From the human T2T-CHM13v2.0 reference genome, Homo sapiens: DNA of 64,000 bases. The position numbers and the translations under genes are program-made. Numbering within the stretch: the first letter of the stretch is position 1; every line of letters begins with the position of its first letter. Below the pieces are notes generated by a model. It searched no databases. It saw nothing but the letters and a program-made list of their open reading frames with translations, and was not told the DNA's origin. Location: NCBI RefSeq assembly GCF_009914755.1, contig NC_060935.1; one strand, written 5' to 3'. Positions 62,153 to 64,000 of the stretch are shown one piece after another.

Positions 62153-62974
62153 GCCGATGAGGACCTCTCGCTTTAATCTGAATCAGAGTCAGCCAAAGAA
62201 AATAGTAGAGTAAGCAGGTCCTAGACAGTTAACACATAACATTATACAGCTATGGGCAGTCCCAACAGTTCCTGAAAGGATTAAAAAAAAGAGAACCAGT
62301 CACAGATCCAAATATTTCAGCTTTAGAAATTTATTTCAGCATGGACATCTGAGTCCTGCAGCTGCTGTGTATGGTCTTTTGTGTGATCACAGGTGTTGGC
62401 TGTACTATGAGAGCACATAATGGCAGATGACAAGGCAAGCATAGTAGGGACTGCCAGCCCCAGGAGGTAATGCCAAGTTTAATACTGAAAGTAAAACATA
62501 TGCATGTGCCAGTTTTCTTCTAAATGCATTTATATTGAAGAAAAACAAAGCTATCTTCTAAAAAAAAACATCTGTGTATGGATAAAGGATGATATTGGCA
62601 TAAAAATAGTAGCACTTAAAAATTAAGATTTGGTTTAAAAACTGGAGAAAATAAAGTGATAAAATCAGGCAGTCACATCAAGAAACAATCATTTGAGGAT
62701 GAAATCAACAACAATCAGCAGCTACATATTTCAAGTTTTGGAAGTCAAAGCATTGCTTCAGTTTTCACGTAAAAAAAATCTTTCAAAAAAGGAGAAGAAA
62801 TAAATTATACTCAGTACCTTTTCACAAATAGAACTCACCTGCTACTTTTCTATTAGCAGGTGGCTTATGTGAATCAGTATGAATGAGTGACGTTTTGGGG
62901 AAAGGGGGTGTTTGTCTATTGAAATTTCACACATAGTAGGAAGGTGAGGGCCTTCCTACTATGAGTTAAGTTGT

Positions 62975-64000
62975 TCCATTGGATTAAACAAATGTTCATA
63001 GATTATTTGCTATGTGTACCATGCTGGGAAAAATCCATATATAAACTATAGACTTAGCAAAGAGAAAACAGAACACAAATCTCATGAATGTTAAGCATAC
63101 TAAGTAAGTAACATAAGGGAAGTACAAAGAAGACCCCATATCAGATTTGAGACTATGGTTCTAAGTAGGAGGTAGAATTTGAATTAGTACCTAAGACTTA
63201 ATATAGCCTTTCAATTAGAAGAAAGGAAAGGCATTCCAAGGAGAGGAAGTTGAAATAGAGTAGAAGAGGTGAAAAGCTAGGGATCAACATTCATGGAAAG
63301 TAGTCCACATTGTCTGAGACACATGCTCAGTAACTTGAGAAGCTTGAATTCTAGTAAGAGAATTATGAAGCAAGGGTCAAGGACTAGGTCTTGGTCTGGC
63401 TCTCCAGACCTGGGCCAGTGACTGGCATATAATAGGTGTTCCATTAAAGTTAGGTGAAATGAAATGGCAGGCTTCTGTACAGATAACCATACAGCAATGT
63501 AAAACTGTGTTCTGATTGAGGCACATGCAAGACTGTGCAGAGTTACAGAAAAGGCAAATCATTTTGCTTAGAGAGTAAGGGGAGGCTTCAGAAAGGGTAA
63601 TATTTGGGCTGAGTAGATCTTAAAGACTAAGATTTCCAGATGATGTGGAGGAAAAAGGGTGTTTCATAGAGAGAACAGTGTACCCATGAGTATGATATAT
63701 TATGCAAATGGTAAGTAACTCATTATGGCTCAAGAAGAGAGGGAGTGGAATGGAGGATACTTTGAGGGAGAATGGGGCTGACAAGTTTGTTTGGGACACT
63801 TGAGAACAGATAATGTCAGATAGTGAATATCCCACCTGAAAATTTGAATTCTGTGCTCTAGATGGGGGGCAGGGGGTACCAAGAGTTATTTTAAAGTACC
63901 CATAGTGACAGGACGAAAGTTCGTCTTTCAGAATTATAACACTAAAGCAGTATGGAGGATGAACCAGAGGTGGGAAGAGTCTGCAGGCAAGAAAAACTAA
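62975..64000 (-). mobile_element. Decayed L2 fragments
   Basis: aaacaaatgttcatagattatttgctatgtgtacc, ggaggcttcagaaagggtaatatttgggctgag, actaaagcagtatggaggatgaaccagag. Confidence 0.6.

Overview
Primate, most likely human, AT-rich genomic DNA lying inside the long introns of GRIA4 (AMPA receptor subunit GluA4, + strand). The only protein-coding sequence I can support is one 240-bp internal exon (47238-47477) encoding part of the amino-terminal domain. The rest is intron. It holds a decayed HSPD1 (HSP60) processed pseudogene inserted into an old L1MC element, a dead full-length L1PA7-like element nested in MaLR LTRs, three short 5'-inverted (twin-primed) L1 insertions, seven Alus, several solo LTRs (THE1, MLT1, MLT2, MER21), DNA-transposon relics (MER47, MER58, MER102), many L2/MIR fragments and microsatellites. 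I found no evidence of a new multi-gene system. The most unusual signals are small: a 34-bp-arm fold-back with a single A-C mismatch (2711-2795), an exact 27-bp inverted copy of sequence from 1.5 kb away placed next to a (TA)n tract (28361-28387 vs 29915-29941), a (TG)n tract directly before a strong acceptor that could define an in-frame cryptic micro-exon (9109-9144), and a candidate poison exon in repeat-poor sequence (13317-13430). Repeat subfamily names come from my recall of consensus sequences, not from a search, and the boundaries of old repeats are approximate.
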